Part shown: positions 51,745 to 61,401 of the stretch, in pieces | Layout of the letters: the number at the start of each line of letters is the position of its first letter | Position numbering within the stretch: the stretch's first letter is position 1 | Assembly: GCA_944393575.1 (NCBI GenBank) | Contig: CALYAP010000030.1 | Coordinates: 180-64,179 of the forward strand | Origin: an uncultured Clostridia bacterium | Lineage (GTDB): Bacteria; Bacillota; Dehalobacteriia; UBA4068 | Direction of reading: 5' to 3' | DNA length: 64,000 nt | The notes under the pieces: generated by a model | What the model was told of the DNA's origin: nothing | What the model saw: only the letters and a program-made list of their open reading frames with translations | The model's database searches: none | Made by a program: the position numbers and the translations under genes

Positions 51745-52238
51745 GATATTTCTCCTCTTAATTTCCGCCCCCGATAATAATGGGCATGGGTGATGGCGAT
51801 GGCCAAAGCATCGGCAGCGTCATCATTCTTTGGCGGGGCGTCCATCTTCAACAAGTGACAAACCATATATTGAATCTGCTGCTTTTCAGCCCGGCCATAA
51901 CCAGTCAGCGCTTGTTTGACTTCCAATGGAGTATATTCGCTAATTGGCAGCTGGCGTTGAGCACAGGCCAGCAGCAAAACACCGCGCGCTTGTCCTACCG
52001 GAACAGCGGTAGTGGTATTTTTATTGAAAAACAGCTGTTCTATAGCCACTTGATCTGGCTGGGAACGATCCAGCAGGCTGTTTAACGCATCATAGAGCAT
52101 ACATAAACGTTCATGAGCCGGCCGCCCTGCTGGAGTACGCAGGGCACCAAATTCTTCCAACTGATATGCACCTTTATCTGCATTGATCAGCCCATAGCCG
52201 GTAATGGCTGTACCTGGATCCAATCCCAAAATTTTCAC
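51741..52238 (-). CDS. ruvC: Crossover junction endodeoxyribonuclease RuvC
   Basis: KILGLDPGTAITGYG. The likely start is GTG at 52238, behind an AAGGAGAG RBS. The ORF track extends to 52262. Confidence 0.9.
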   Translation of the reverse strand: MKILGLDPGTAITGYGLINADKGAYQLEEFGALRTPAGRPAHERLCMLYDALNSLLDRSQPDQVAIEQLFFNKNTTTAVPVGQARGVLLLACAQRQLPISEYTPLEVKQALTGYGRAEKQQIQYMVCHLLKMDAPPKNDDAADALAIAITHAHYYRGRKLRGEIS

Positions 52239-52453
52239 TGAGCTCTCCTTAAAACGATCCACATTATTTATCTCATCTGGCTAGGGAAAGCCAATTAGCG
52301 ATAGCGTTTGTAAAACAACCACTTAAACAATATTAAATTCTATTATTATAGTAAATTTCCTGCCCAGAGAGCTAGGGCTGCTAATGGGAATAATACTTTT
52401 TCAGACATTTTTCATCATCCGGTTGCGTAACTTTATCCAAGGAGGCGATTGTA

Positions 52454-53228
52454 ATGCGTGTATTTTTTTGCAACGGCAACAAACTCAAATTAGGTCTTGC
52501 TCTAATCTGTTTACTGGTCTTTGGTATCATCGCAACAGCACTTTGGCCACAGGGGATTCTTTCCGCCGCATCAGAGCAGCAAAGATTGGTGCCAATCTAC
52601 GAAGTGGAAACAGATAAACCATTAGTAGCCATCAGCTTTGATGCCAGCTGGGGAGCAGAACATACTGAAGATATCCTCGATACCCTTGATGAATATGGGG
52701 TTAAAGGTACCTTCTTCCTGGTCAATATTTGGCTCGAAGATTATCCGGAGATGGCGGCCCAGATCGCCGAAAGGGGACATGAAATCGGCCTGCATTCCAC
52801 CACCCATCCCCATTTTACTGAGCTATCAGAAGAGCAGATTCTCTCTGAACTATCGGATAACTATGCCATGATCCAGGAAGTCACCGGCTATACCCCTACG
52901 CTCTTTAGGCCGCCCTTTGGTGACTATAATAACCAGGTAGTGGAATTAGTCAATGCCAGCGGCTATGATTGCATCCAGTGGAGCGTGGATAAGATGGTCT
53001 GAAAAAAAGTACCGTCAGCATATAATAATTACCATCATCACAGAAATTATCTTTCAGGTGCTTCCCATGCAACCAAGCGATCTCCCCATCATTCAAATAA
53101 TGCCTCAGCAATCAGCCACTCCAGAGACAAAGCTACGCCTGGCCTTGTTGCTTTCTGCCAGTCTGGAGCATTTTTTGAGCCAGGAGACCAGTATCTCGTC
53201 TTCCCCTATTCCCCAAAAGGAGCAATGA
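52454..53228 (+). pseudogene. NodB-type polysaccharide deacetylase (PdaB-like), apparently disrupted near 52986-53002
   Basis: NodB motifs FDASWG, HSTTHPH and RPPFG are present. The ORF stops at IQWSVDKMV*, inside the expected DxxDW motif. The +1 frame stays open from 52953 to 53228. Confidence 0.5.
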
Positions 53229-53232
53229 TAGT

Positions 53233-54753
53233 ATGGATGCCATCTATGCCCGTCAATCAATAGACAAAAAAGACAGTATTTCCATCGAGACACAGATCGA
53301 GCTCTGCAAGCGGGAAGGTGGTGCGGATAAGCCCTATCTGGTCTATAGCGATAAGGGGTATAGCGGCAAAGACCTGCAGCGACCGGATTTCCAAAAAATG
53401 CTATCTGCAGTACGCGAACGGCAGATCTCCCGCATCATCATCTACCGTCTGGACCGCCTGAGCCGCTCGCTGCTTGATTTCGCCTCCTTGATCGAATTAT
53501 TCCGCAGCTATGGGGTGGCCTTTGTCTCTACTCAAGAGAAATTCGATACTGAAACGCCGATGGGGATGGCCATGCTCAATATCGCCATGGTTTTCGCCCA
53601 ACTGGAACGGGAGACCATTCAGGCGCGAGTGAGAGATAACTATTACAGCCGTGCCAAAACAGGTTCTTGGCTAGGAGGCAGAGCCCCTTTTGGCTTCAGC
53701 AAAGATACTATTGTCATGCCAGACGGGCAGCACAGCTATAAAACCTTACAGGAAGATAAGAGTCAGTCAGTCATTTTGCAAAAACTCTTTCATATGTATG
53801 GAAGGGAAATGCTCTCCCTCTCAGCTATCGCCAACCAGCTCAACCAAGAACAGATTCCCTCTCCCGAAGGCTCAGTCTGGGATAGCAGCAAAATCAGCCG
53901 TATCCTGCGTAATCCCGTCTATGTCAAAGCATCTCCAGCTATTTATCAATATTATCAGCGTAAGGGCTGTCAGATCACCAATGATATCACGGATTTTGTC
54001 ATGGATAACGCCTGTTTTCTCTATGGCAAAAGGGAGGAAAATGCCCGTAAATTCAGTGATGTCAAAGATCATTATCTATCCTTGGCAATGCATCAAGGAT
54101 TGATAGATGCAGAGCTTTTTCTTAAATGCCAGCAATTACTTGATGCTAATATCCGCTTTGGTTCGCGGCATGGCAGTTACCGCAGTTGGTTGATAGGATT
54201 ACTGCGTTGTGGACATTGTGGTGCTACGATGCGAGTCAACGCCTCGCGGGGAGGTAAATACCTCTACTTCACCTGCCAGAACAAAAGTCGGGGACTCTGT
54301 CAGGGAAAAAGCTATTGTGCTGCTGTGCCGACGATAGAGGAGGCAGTCAAACAGCAGCTATTTCAACAAATACAGCCATTAGCAACTATCCAGGTACCGG
54401 GACAGCCCACTTGCCAACAAGAAATAAAGCAAGCGCAAGCACGATTAGCAGCTATCGAGGAGCAAATTGCGCGCTTGATCGATATGGCTTTGCAGGGAGG
54501 AGAGCTGACCGGCAAATACTTGGAGAAACGCTTATGTGGCTTAGAAAAAGAGAAAAACCAAGCAAAACGAGCAATACTTAAACTGCAAAGCCAGTCCAAC
54601 CAACCTGTTTTACCGCCACAGCCAAAAGATCTGCCACGTTTATGGGAACAACTCAATACCGGGCAGCGCCATGAAATAGCCAAAATTTTTATCAAAAAAT
54701 TGCTGCTAGACGAGAGAGGACTGAGCATATACTGGCAATATAATCTACAATAA
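53233..54753 (+). CDS. Large serine recombinase
   Basis: N-terminal resolvase catalytic motif AIYARQSIDKKDSISIETQ, recombinase domain, zinc ribbon CGHCGATM...FTCQNK..LC and a C-terminal coiled coil. 506 aa. Confidence 0.85.
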   Translation: MDAIYARQSIDKKDSISIETQIELCKREGGADKPYLVYSDKGYSGKDLQRPDFQKMLSAVRERQISRIIIYRLDRLSRSLLDFASLIELFRSYGVAFVSTQEKFDTETPMGMAMLNIAMVFAQLERETIQARVRDNYYSRAKTGSWLGGRAPFGFSKDTIVMPDGQHSYKTLQEDKSQSVILQKLFHMYGREMLSLSAIANQLNQEQIPSPEGSVWDSSKISRILRNPVYVKASPAIYQYYQRKGCQITNDITDFVMDNACFLYGKREENARKFSDVKDHYLSLAMHQGLIDAELFLKCQQLLDANIRFGSRHGSYRSWLIGLLRCGHCGATMRVNASRGGKYLYFTCQNKSRGLCQGKSYCAAVPTIEEAVKQQLFQQIQPLATIQVPGQPTCQQEIKQAQARLAAIEEQIARLIDMALQGGELTGKYLEKRLCGLEKEKNQAKRAILKLQSQSNQPVLPPQPKDLPRLWEQLNTGQRHEIAKIFIKKLLLDERGLSIYWQYNLQ

Positions 54754-54810
54754 AAAACCGCCCCATAGATGGAACGGCAGTTTAACTTAATATCCTCCTC
54801 AATCCAAACA

Positions 54811-56070
54811 TCAATGCAGCCAGGTATAAAACCCGGTCAATCCCAAGGCTGACATAAACAGCACACCGAGGATAGCAGTGATAAAAAGACGGATAAAATA
54901 ACGGTTCTTCTCTTCGGCATTCGGTTTATACATAGTAACAAAAGCTGCTAAGGCCAAGGCCCCACCAGTAGATGCCGGCGAAATGCCGGCTATCTGCGAC
55001 CCGATACTCAGGGCTAAGATCAGTGAAAGCGGCGTCACCCCACCGCCTAAGGTCTCGACAATACCCGGTACTGCAGGCACCATCGTGGGGATAACCACCC
55101 CGGAAGTAGAAGCAAAAAAGCCCATGGTCCCACTGGAGAGAGACATCAGCGATGGCGCAGTATAAGGGGTCATAATCGAAGCCAAGGCAGAAGAGAGCTT
55201 ATCGATACCGCCCAGTTCAATGATAACGTTCATCAGAACACCGGTACCGCAAATCATGACCAGGGTGCCCCAATTGATCTCTTTAAGGATCTGGCGTTCA
55301 TCACACATACCCATGATATTGAGGATAGCAGCAATAAGAAAAGATGCTAAACCGACATTGATCCCGAAAATGAGTACCAGCAGGATCATGATCACGATAC
55401 CAGCAATGGTAATCCATTGCTGACGAGTCAGCGGAGGTACCTCTTTTAGGCTCAATGGTGCAGATAGAGCTTTAGCCTTAAAGAGCCCCGTCGCAAAATA
55501 ATAAATAATGGCAAAAAGCAAAAAGGCTAACAAAACGGTAAACATATAAGGAATGCCGATCCCAGTATAGCCTTCTTCTGCTGCTAATTCCAGCGCCACA
55601 ATTCCTGTAGGGGCTATGGGAGACATGCCGCCACCAGCAGCCCCCATAAAACAACAAACAGTAAAGGATAACGGATCAAGGCCTAATTCCTTGGCTAAAG
55701 CTGTGGAAAGCATCACCATCAGGGCCAAAACAGGAATGGTGCCCGGTCCGGCCATGGCTAATAAGGCTCCTGCTACTACCATTATCACAGGGATCAAATT
55801 AATATGCCGTCCAGCCAGCCCAATCGTTTTTCTGGCTACAGCCTCCAAGGTGCCATTGCTTCTGGCAATAGCAAAAAGATAAGAAACGCCCAGCAGTATC
55901 ATGAACAGATTGGAATTAAAGCCATTGATGATATCGCTATCAGAAATACCGCCAAGACGCCCCAAGATCAGGGCCATAGCAATAGCGATAAGTCCAATAT
56001 TACGCTTTAGCAAAAAGCCGATGGCGATACATGCCACTAAAAAAAGCAGCGATATAATAGAGAGATCCAT
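54811..56070 (-). CDS. Ion-transporter-superfamily permease (ArsB/NhaD/CitMHS-like), substrate unknown
   Basis: 419 aa with ~12 TM helices and two-fold internal symmetry in hydrophobicity. Confidence 0.5.
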   Translation of the reverse strand: MDLSIISLLFLVACIAIGFLLKRNIGLIAIAMALILGRLGGISDSDIINGFNSNLFMILLGVSYLFAIARSNGTLEAVARKTIGLAGRHINLIPVIMVVAGALLAMAGPGTIPVLALMVMLSTALAKELGLDPLSFTVCCFMGAAGGGMSPIAPTGIVALELAAEEGYTGIGIPYMFTVLLAFLLFAIIYYFATGLFKAKALSAPLSLKEVPPLTRQQWITIAGIVIMILLVLIFGINVGLASFLIAAILNIMGMCDERQILKEINWGTLVMICGTGVLMNVIIELGGIDKLSSALASIMTPYTAPSLMSLSSGTMGFFASTSGVVIPTMVPAVPGIVETLGGGVTPLSLILALSIGSQIAGISPASTGGALALAAFVTMYKPNAEEKNRYFIRLFITAILGVLFMSALGLTGFYTWLH

Positions 56071-56435
56071 GGCTCTTCCCTTTCTGTATGAGATAATACC
56101 TAATAATAAAAATAATGATCATCAAGAGTTGATATCAGCAATAAATGTCATTACCCGACAAAGCAAGACTTTATTCACTTCTATAGTCTATTGCAAAATC
56201 CTTTCCCCGATGATAATATACCAACTGCTTTCAAGAATAATTGCCACTTTAGTAGTGATCAGTGAATCAGTGACTTTTAGACAAATTTTTGCCAATGGTG
56301 GCTGATAAAAATATTCTTTCTGGCTATACTATACACTTCCGCAACTCTTGACAAACCACAATCTACAGTCATCAAAGAGCTTTTTTATTCTTCATCATAC
56401 TACAACTAGAAAACGGCTAAAAACACAAAAAATGA

Positions 56436-56464
56436 TTGAATATTTTTCCCGAGTGATGTATAAT
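56436..56464 (+). promoter_or_regulatory. SigmaA-type promoter for argG (the -35 overlaps a weak ARG-box-like TGAAT half-site)
   Basis: TTGAAT, 17 nt spacer, TATAAT. Confidence 0.6.
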
Positions 56465-56538
56465 TATCAATAGCAAAGGGGTATCCCTTTAATATTAATA
56501 TCTGTCCATTGTTGATCATATAAGGGAGGTTATGTCTT

Positions 56539-57789
56539 ATGAAAAAAGATTATAAAAAAGTAGCCTTAGCCTACAGCGGTGGTTTGGATACTTCGATCAT
56601 CATTTCTTGGCTAAAAGAGAACTATGGCTGTGAAGTAATCGCAGTCTGTGGCGATGTCGGCCAGGGTGATGATATGGAAGCAGTCAAAGCCAAAGCCCTG
56701 AAACTGGGGGCATCTAAATGCTATATTGGCGACCTGACTGCTGAATTCGTCAAAGATTATATCTTCCCCACCCTCAAAGCAGACGCTGTCTATGAAGGCA
56801 AATATCTTCTGGGGACATCCATGGCCCGGCCGTTGATCGCCAAATATCTGGTAGATGTTGCCTTGAAAGAAAACTGCGATGCTATCTGTCACGGCTGCAC
56901 CGGTAAAGGCAATGACCAGGTACGTTTTGAGCTGACCATCAAGGCCCTGGCGCCACAGATACCAATCATCGCTCCTTGGAGAGAATGGGATCTCACCAGC
57001 CGCGATGAGGAGATCGATTATGCAGAGGCTCATGGCATCCCACTTCCTACCTCCAGAGATAAGAGCTACAGCATGGATAAAAACATCTGGCATCTTTCCC
57101 ATGAGGGTTTGGATCTGGAAGACCCCTGGAATGAATATAAAAATGAGATGCTGATGGTCTGCGTGGCTCCTGAAGATGCTCCGGATCAGCCACAGTATGT
57201 GGAAATCGAATTCGTTAAGGGTGAACCAGTAGCTGTTGACGGCGTCAAAATGGATCCGGTCGCTTTGTTGACTAAACTCAATGAATACGGCGCTGCACAT
57301 GGCATCGGTATTGACAGTATGGTTGAAAACCGTTTGGTCGGCATGAAGAGCCGCGGTGTTTATGAAACTCCTGGCGGCACCATCCTCTATACCGCCCATA
57401 AAGCTCTGGAAAGCATCACTATCGATAAAGAAACCAGCCATTATAAAGAAACCGTTGCTCTTAAATATGCTGATTTGGTTTATAATGGCCAATGGTTGCT
57501 GCCGCTCAAAGAGGCTCTGGACGCTTTTGTTGATGTTACCCAGCAATATGTCACTGGTACAGTGAGAGTAAAATTATTTAAAGGCTCCTGCACTGATGTG
57601 GGAATGAAGAGCCCCTACAGCCTCTACAATGAAGATCTGGCCACCTTCAGTACTGATCATGTTTATGATCAGAAGGATGCTGCTGGCTTCATCAACCTCT
57701 TTGGCCTGCCGCTTAAGGTAATGGGTCTGACTCGCGGCGCTGCCAAAGCTGATTCTTGCGACTGCGGTTGTGTTTGTGAGAAAAAATAA
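56539..57789 (+). CDS. argG: Argininosuccinate synthase
   Basis: [15 protein letters not shown]-loop and [13 protein letters not shown] motifs. Confidence 0.97.
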   Translation: MKKDYKKVALAYSGGLDTSIIISWLKENYGCEVIAVCGDVGQGDDMEAVKAKALKLGASKCYIGDLTAEFVKDYIFPTLKADAVYEGKYLLGTSMARPLIAKYLVDVALKENCDAICHGCTGKGNDQVRFELTIKALAPQIPIIAPWREWDLTSRDEEIDYAEAHGIPLPTSRDKSYSMDKNIWHLSHEGLDLEDPWNEYKNEMLMVCVAPEDAPDQPQYVEIEFVKGEPVAVDGVKMDPVALLTKLNEYGAAHGIGIDSMVENRLVGMKSRGVYETPGGTILYTAHKALESITIDKETSHYKETVALKYADLVYNGQWLLPLKEALDAFVDVTQQYVTGTVRVKLFKGSCTDVGMKSPYSLYNEDLATFSTDHVYDQKDAAGFINLFGLPLKVMGLTRGAAKADSCDCGCVCEKK

Positions 57790-57829
57790 TTTTTTAAACT
57801 AATGGTTGGCAATCCAACTATGTTAGACA

Positions 57830-57866
57830 AAAGAGTGAGATAGCTTAGCTATCTCACTCTTTTTCT
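57830..57866 (+). terminator. Terminator after argG
   Basis: GAGTGAGATAGCT / AGCTATCTCACTC stem followed by TTTTT. Confidence 0.8.
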
Positions 57867-58010
57867 CATCTTTACAGTTATTACAGGCAAATAATAAATG
57901 GCACCAGCTTTTGCTGATATATATAACTACAGATATATTCCCATAACGAAGTCAGCACTAAACTGATTGAGGCTGCCGTTCATCACTAAAGCTCAGTCCA
58001 GAAAGCATGA

Positions 58011-58331
58011 TTATGCCTCTGAAGTTATTTTCAAGCCAATGATACCGATCAATATCAAGGCAATGAAAAGAACCCGTAGAGCGGTAAACGGCTCCTTAAA
58101 CATGAGGATACCTACGATAACTGTTCCCACAGCGCCAATACCAGTCCAAATAGCATAAGCAGTACCCAATGGTAATGTTTTAGTCGCCTGCGCTAATAAC
58201 ACAAAGCTGGCGATCATACCGATAATGGTCAATATGGTAAATTTCCAGACACTGAAACCATGAGAGAATTTTAAGCAGGTAGCCCAAAAAATCTCTAACA
58301 AGCCTGCTCCGACCAAATATATCCATGCCAT
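58011..58331 (-). CDS. sugE: SMR family transporter, Gdx/SugE subtype (guanidinium exporter-like)
   Basis: 106 aa, 4 TM helices. MAWIYLVGAGLLEIFWATCLKFSHGF carries the conserved Glu and the WA..LK.S.GF signature. Confidence 0.85.
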   Translation of the reverse strand: MAWIYLVGAGLLEIFWATCLKFSHGFSVWKFTILTIIGMIASFVLLAQATKTLPLGTAYAIWTGIGAVGTVIVGILMFKEPFTALRVLFIALILIGIIGLKITSEA

Positions 58332-58351
58332 AAGAATACCCCCTTTATAAT

Positions 58352-58375
58352 AAAAAATGCATCTATCGATGCATC
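58352..58375 (-). terminator. Intrinsic terminator inside the Gdx leader, about 20 nt upstream of the start codon
   Basis: Minus strand ATGCATC gata GATGCAT followed by TTTTTT, then the AAAGGGGG RBS. Confidence 0.6.
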
Positions 58376-58594
58376 TTCAAAGGCCTAACGATGCAAAGAT
58401 AAATGCCTTCTGTTTACTCGGCAGCAAACATTGCCTTCATCTTAGCACATTATTATCGCTGCGGCAATAGCCTTAATAGTGGTCTTATGTATATTTGCAA
58501 TGCTCATCAAGAATTTTGGCTAAATAGGCTGTCTCATTAACAATGATTCGTAAACAAAAATGTTACAGATCATTATCAGCAAGGATGATCATGA

Positions 58595-59644
58595 TTACTG
58601 CCATGCCGAGACCGTTTTTTGACACCAGTACGTTTCCTGGGAAAGACGGCTCTCTTCTCCACAGACCCAACGCAGGGAACCGCGTGGCAGCAAAGTATCG
58701 CTCTGTAAAGTCAACAACGGATAAGCAGCAGTTAACTGCTGCAAAGATGCGCGCTTATGCCCCCAGATCAAAGGCAAATCCACAGGCGGGAAATAAAGAG
58801 TTGCTGCTTTTGCGGTATCATAATCTGCCAATAAGTCAATGATCTGCGCCTTTTTCACCGCTTCTAGCACTAATCCCCCAAAAGCAGGATGATAAGGTCC
58901 AGCGACTAAAGCAGACTCCACATCAGCAGAGGGATTGATCCCCATACGGATGATAGTCAGCCCTTTGGCCCGGGCAGCGATAGCCATATCACGGCAGCAA
59001 CTAACCGCCTCCGCAAGGCTCTGAGGCATATAATCTCCCTGCTGATACCAAGCAGCCAAGGCAGTATCAGCCAATACTAAAGTAGGATAAATACGCAGCA
59101 GCTCTGCTCCCAGCTCCGCACTACGGAGGACTGCCTCACGGGCCAATCGGGGCGTGTCTTCCGGGAGGCCGGTCATTAGCTGCACCCCTAAACGCAGCCC
59201 TGCTTCACGAACGGTCAGACAAGCCTTTTCCGCTGTTTGCGGCTGATACCCTCTGCCTGCTGCGGCGAGGACTTTGCTATTAAAGCTCTGTACACCTAAC
59301 TCAACGGTTGTCACACCTGCTTCTTGCAAAAAAGAACAGGTAGCAGCATCGACAGCATCGGGTCTGGTAGAAATACGGATGCCGCCAATGCGCCCGGCTG
59401 CTATGGCCGGAGCAGCAGCTTGTAGATAATACAGCTGGCGGCTGCGTGGCAAGCAAGTAAAGCTGCCGCCATAAAAGGCGATTTCTGCTTGGGGATCAGT
59501 AGGGAAAGCAGCTAAAGCAACAGTTATCTCTTCAGCTGAAGGCGAAGCCACATGACCGCTGATCGCCACCTGATCGCAATAAACACAATGATATGGGCAC
59601 CCCTCCATGGGGATAAAAAATGGAAGTATCCGCTGTTTAGCCAT
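58595..59644 (-). CDS. Radical SAM protein (Elp3/HemN-like fold), function unknown
   Basis: CPYHCVYCD CxxxCxxC motif near the N-terminus, then GGSFT and ELGVQS motifs. Confidence 0.7.
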   Translation of the reverse strand: MAKQRILPFFIPMEGCPYHCVYCDQVAISGHVASPSAEEITVALAAFPTDPQAEIAFYGGSFTCLPRSRQLYYLQAAAPAIAAGRIGGIRISTRPDAVDAATCSFLQEAGVTTVELGVQSFNSKVLAAAGRGYQPQTAEKACLTVREAGLRLGVQLMTGLPEDTPRLAREAVLRSAELGAELLRIYPTLVLADTALAAWYQQGDYMPQSLAEAVSCCRDMAIAARAKGLTIIRMGINPSADVESALVAGPYHPAFGGLVLEAVKKAQIIDLLADYDTAKAATLYFPPVDLPLIWGHKRASLQQLTAAYPLLTLQSDTLLPRGSLRWVCGEESRLSQETYWCQKTVSAWQ

Positions 59645-59679
59645 TTTATTCGGTCCTTATTTCTAAAGTGGCGGCAAAA

Positions 59680-60372
59680 TCATAGTAGCCATAGTTTGAG
59701 CAGATAAAGAATTATTAGATGGGCGCAATAAAAAATATAGAAAAACCATCTATTGCCGCGGCCAGGCTGACCATTATATAAACTGATTGGCAGCAGAGAA
59801 ACCAAAGCGAAGATCTGGCTCATCCTCAGCAGATCGATCGGCCAAGCATAAGCAAGCGTCAGCAGCAGCCAGGCCAGCGCCATTGCTGGTAATTTATCAA
59901 AAAAGAGCCAAGCTGTATAGATAAGCGCTATGCCATACCAAACATAATCGACACTGATCCAATCACCGAGCAGGCAAAACAGAACACCAACCAGGAGGCA
60001 GGCAGCTTGTCCGCCAGCACCTTCTAAACGTTGACGCAGTTCATCACCAATACGGATAGCGATCAACCCCAAGGCCAGCGTAGCAAAAATATTTAGATAA
60101 TTTGGCGAAACAATACGGGCGAAGAACCACTGGAAACCTGCGGCAAAGAGTACCAACCGCAATAAGTAGCGCAAATAATTAGAAGTATGGCGATAGCCGT
60201 TAGCCAGCATAAAGGCAAAGATCGGAAAAGCCAGCCGGCCAATATCACGCAGAACAACCGAGCTGGGATAGAACAACAGCCCAATATGATCGATGAGCAT
60301 GAATAGGCAGGCTAAATATTTCAGCGCATTTGCGCTTAATCCTACTTTACCCCAATGTTCTTTCACTATCAA
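59680..60372 (-). CDS. TraX family membrane protein
   Basis: LSANALKYLACLFMLIDHIG is the TraX N-terminal signature. Polytopic. Confidence 0.75.
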   Translation of the reverse strand: MIVKEHWGKVGLSANALKYLACLFMLIDHIGLLFYPSSVVLRDIGRLAFPIFAFMLANGYRHTSNYLRYLLRLVLFAAGFQWFFARIVSPNYLNIFATLALGLIAIRIGDELRQRLEGAGGQAACLLVGVLFCLLGDWISVDYVWYGIALIYTAWLFFDKLPAMALAWLLLTLAYAWPIDLLRMSQIFALVSLLPISLYNGQPGRGNRWFFYIFYCAHLIILYLLKLWLL

Positions 60373-60379
60373 CAGCCCC

Positions 60380-61261
60380 TTATGCCTTCAAGCTTTGCAC
60401 CAAAGCGGCAATATGCGCTGGAGTAGTGCCACAGCAGCCACCCAAGATGCGTGCACCAGCAGCATAACAAGACTGCATCTGCTGGGCGAATTCCGCCGGG
60501 CTCAAGGGATAGACAGCCTGCTTGCCTTCACGCTTAGGCTTACCAGCATTAGGCTGGAGCAAAAGCGGCAAGGAACAAGCCTCATGCATCGAAGTCACAA
60601 TCTGTGCATATTGTTCCGGAGTCAGGTCCCCGCAATTAGCACCAACTGCGGCAGCGCCATTGGCCTCAGCTTTAGCAGCAATATCAGCAGCAGTATTACC
60701 CATCAGGGTGCAGCCTCCCCGTTTCAAGGAGGAGAAGGTCAGCGAGAGCAAAACCGGGATCTGCGGCGCCGCATCCTGGCATGCCTGCAGGATGATCAAA
60801 GCCTCGTTGATATCGATCACGGTCTCGATAATGAAAGCATCAATAGCATATTCGGCCATTTGTTCTGCCTGAAGCCGGTAGGCACGGTAATATTCTTCCT
60901 TATCACCAGTACCAAAGGGAGCCAGCATCTCACCGCTGGGACCTAAATCAGCTAAAAGGTAGTGCTTCCCGTCAGCAGCCCGCAGGGCTATTTCCATCGC
61001 TGCCCGCAAGGAACGTTCAGTCTCCTCTGGCGTTAGCTTTTGTTTGGCTGCATAAATACCATTAAGCGAAAAAGTATTAGTAATAATAGCATCGCTGCCT
61101 GCTTCCAGATACAGCCGGTGGGCTTTCTCAACGACCTGAGGATAAAGCAGATTATTTTCACTGCTTTTCATCGAGCCGCCCAATTGTTGTAACAAGCTGC
61201 CCATTCCACCATCAAGGATCAAGGTCTCGCCTGCTTTAATCCTAGCCAGAAAATCATGCAT
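60380..61261 (-). CDS. Homocysteine S-methyltransferase domain protein
   Basis: LILDGGMGSLL start. Zinc-ligand contexts GANCG and GGCCGTTPAHI. Confidence 0.8.
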   Translation of the reverse strand: MHDFLARIKAGETLILDGGMGSLLQQLGGSMKSSENNLLYPQVVEKAHRLYLEAGSDAIITNTFSLNGIYAAKQKLTPEETERSLRAAMEIALRAADGKHYLLADLGPSGEMLAPFGTGDKEEYYRAYRLQAEQMAEYAIDAFIIETVIDINEALIILQACQDAAPQIPVLLSLTFSSLKRGGCTLMGNTAADIAAKAEANGAAAVGANCGDLTPEQYAQIVTSMHEACSLPLLLQPNAGKPKREGKQAVYPLSPAEFAQQMQSCYAAGARILGGCCGTTPAHIAALVQSLKA

Positions 61262-61344
61262 TGTAATTAAACTCCCTTTATTAAAAGATAATTTATCATA
61301 GCATATTTGGGGTTATTTTTCACCTCCAGTAAGTATTTTTCATT

Positions 61345-61371
61345 AAAAAAGCAGGCGCAATGCCTGCTTTT
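61345..61371 (-). terminator. Terminator after the M23 peptidase gene
   Basis: Minus strand AAAAGCAGGC attgc GCCTGC followed by TTTTTT. Confidence 0.7.
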
Positions 61372-61401
61372 GTCTCAGCTGTTGTTAAATAATAGCATTC
61401 T

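Noticed and set aside
52990-54790. A minimal 1.8-kb insertion element consisting only of the serine recombinase, splitting the deacetylase gene, with the 3' gene part expected right after 54753.
   Set aside because: No deacetylase-like reading frame follows the recombinase stop; the next feature is a convergent permease gene. The open +1 frame upstream of the recombinase offers a simpler frameshift explanation. The question stays open in the findings.
56611-57546. A 311-aa ORF antisense to argG, and similar long antisense ORFs: 14807-15427 in the patatin gene, 37339-38085 and 38215-38754 in synthetase B, 33810-34244 and 34263-34832 in synthetase A, and 60293-60946 in the Hcy methyltransferase gene.
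   Set aside because: The opposite strand encodes proteins with unambiguous family motifs. The antisense products are low-complexity, lack RBSs and have no recognisable motifs. These are typical shadow ORFs.
58332-58594. Assigning the Gdx leader to guanidine-I, -II or -III.
   Set aside because: I found no GGGA/ACACGG ykkC core, no pair of ACGR-looped hairpins and no ykkC-III pseudoknot consensus. Class IV could not be judged from memory.
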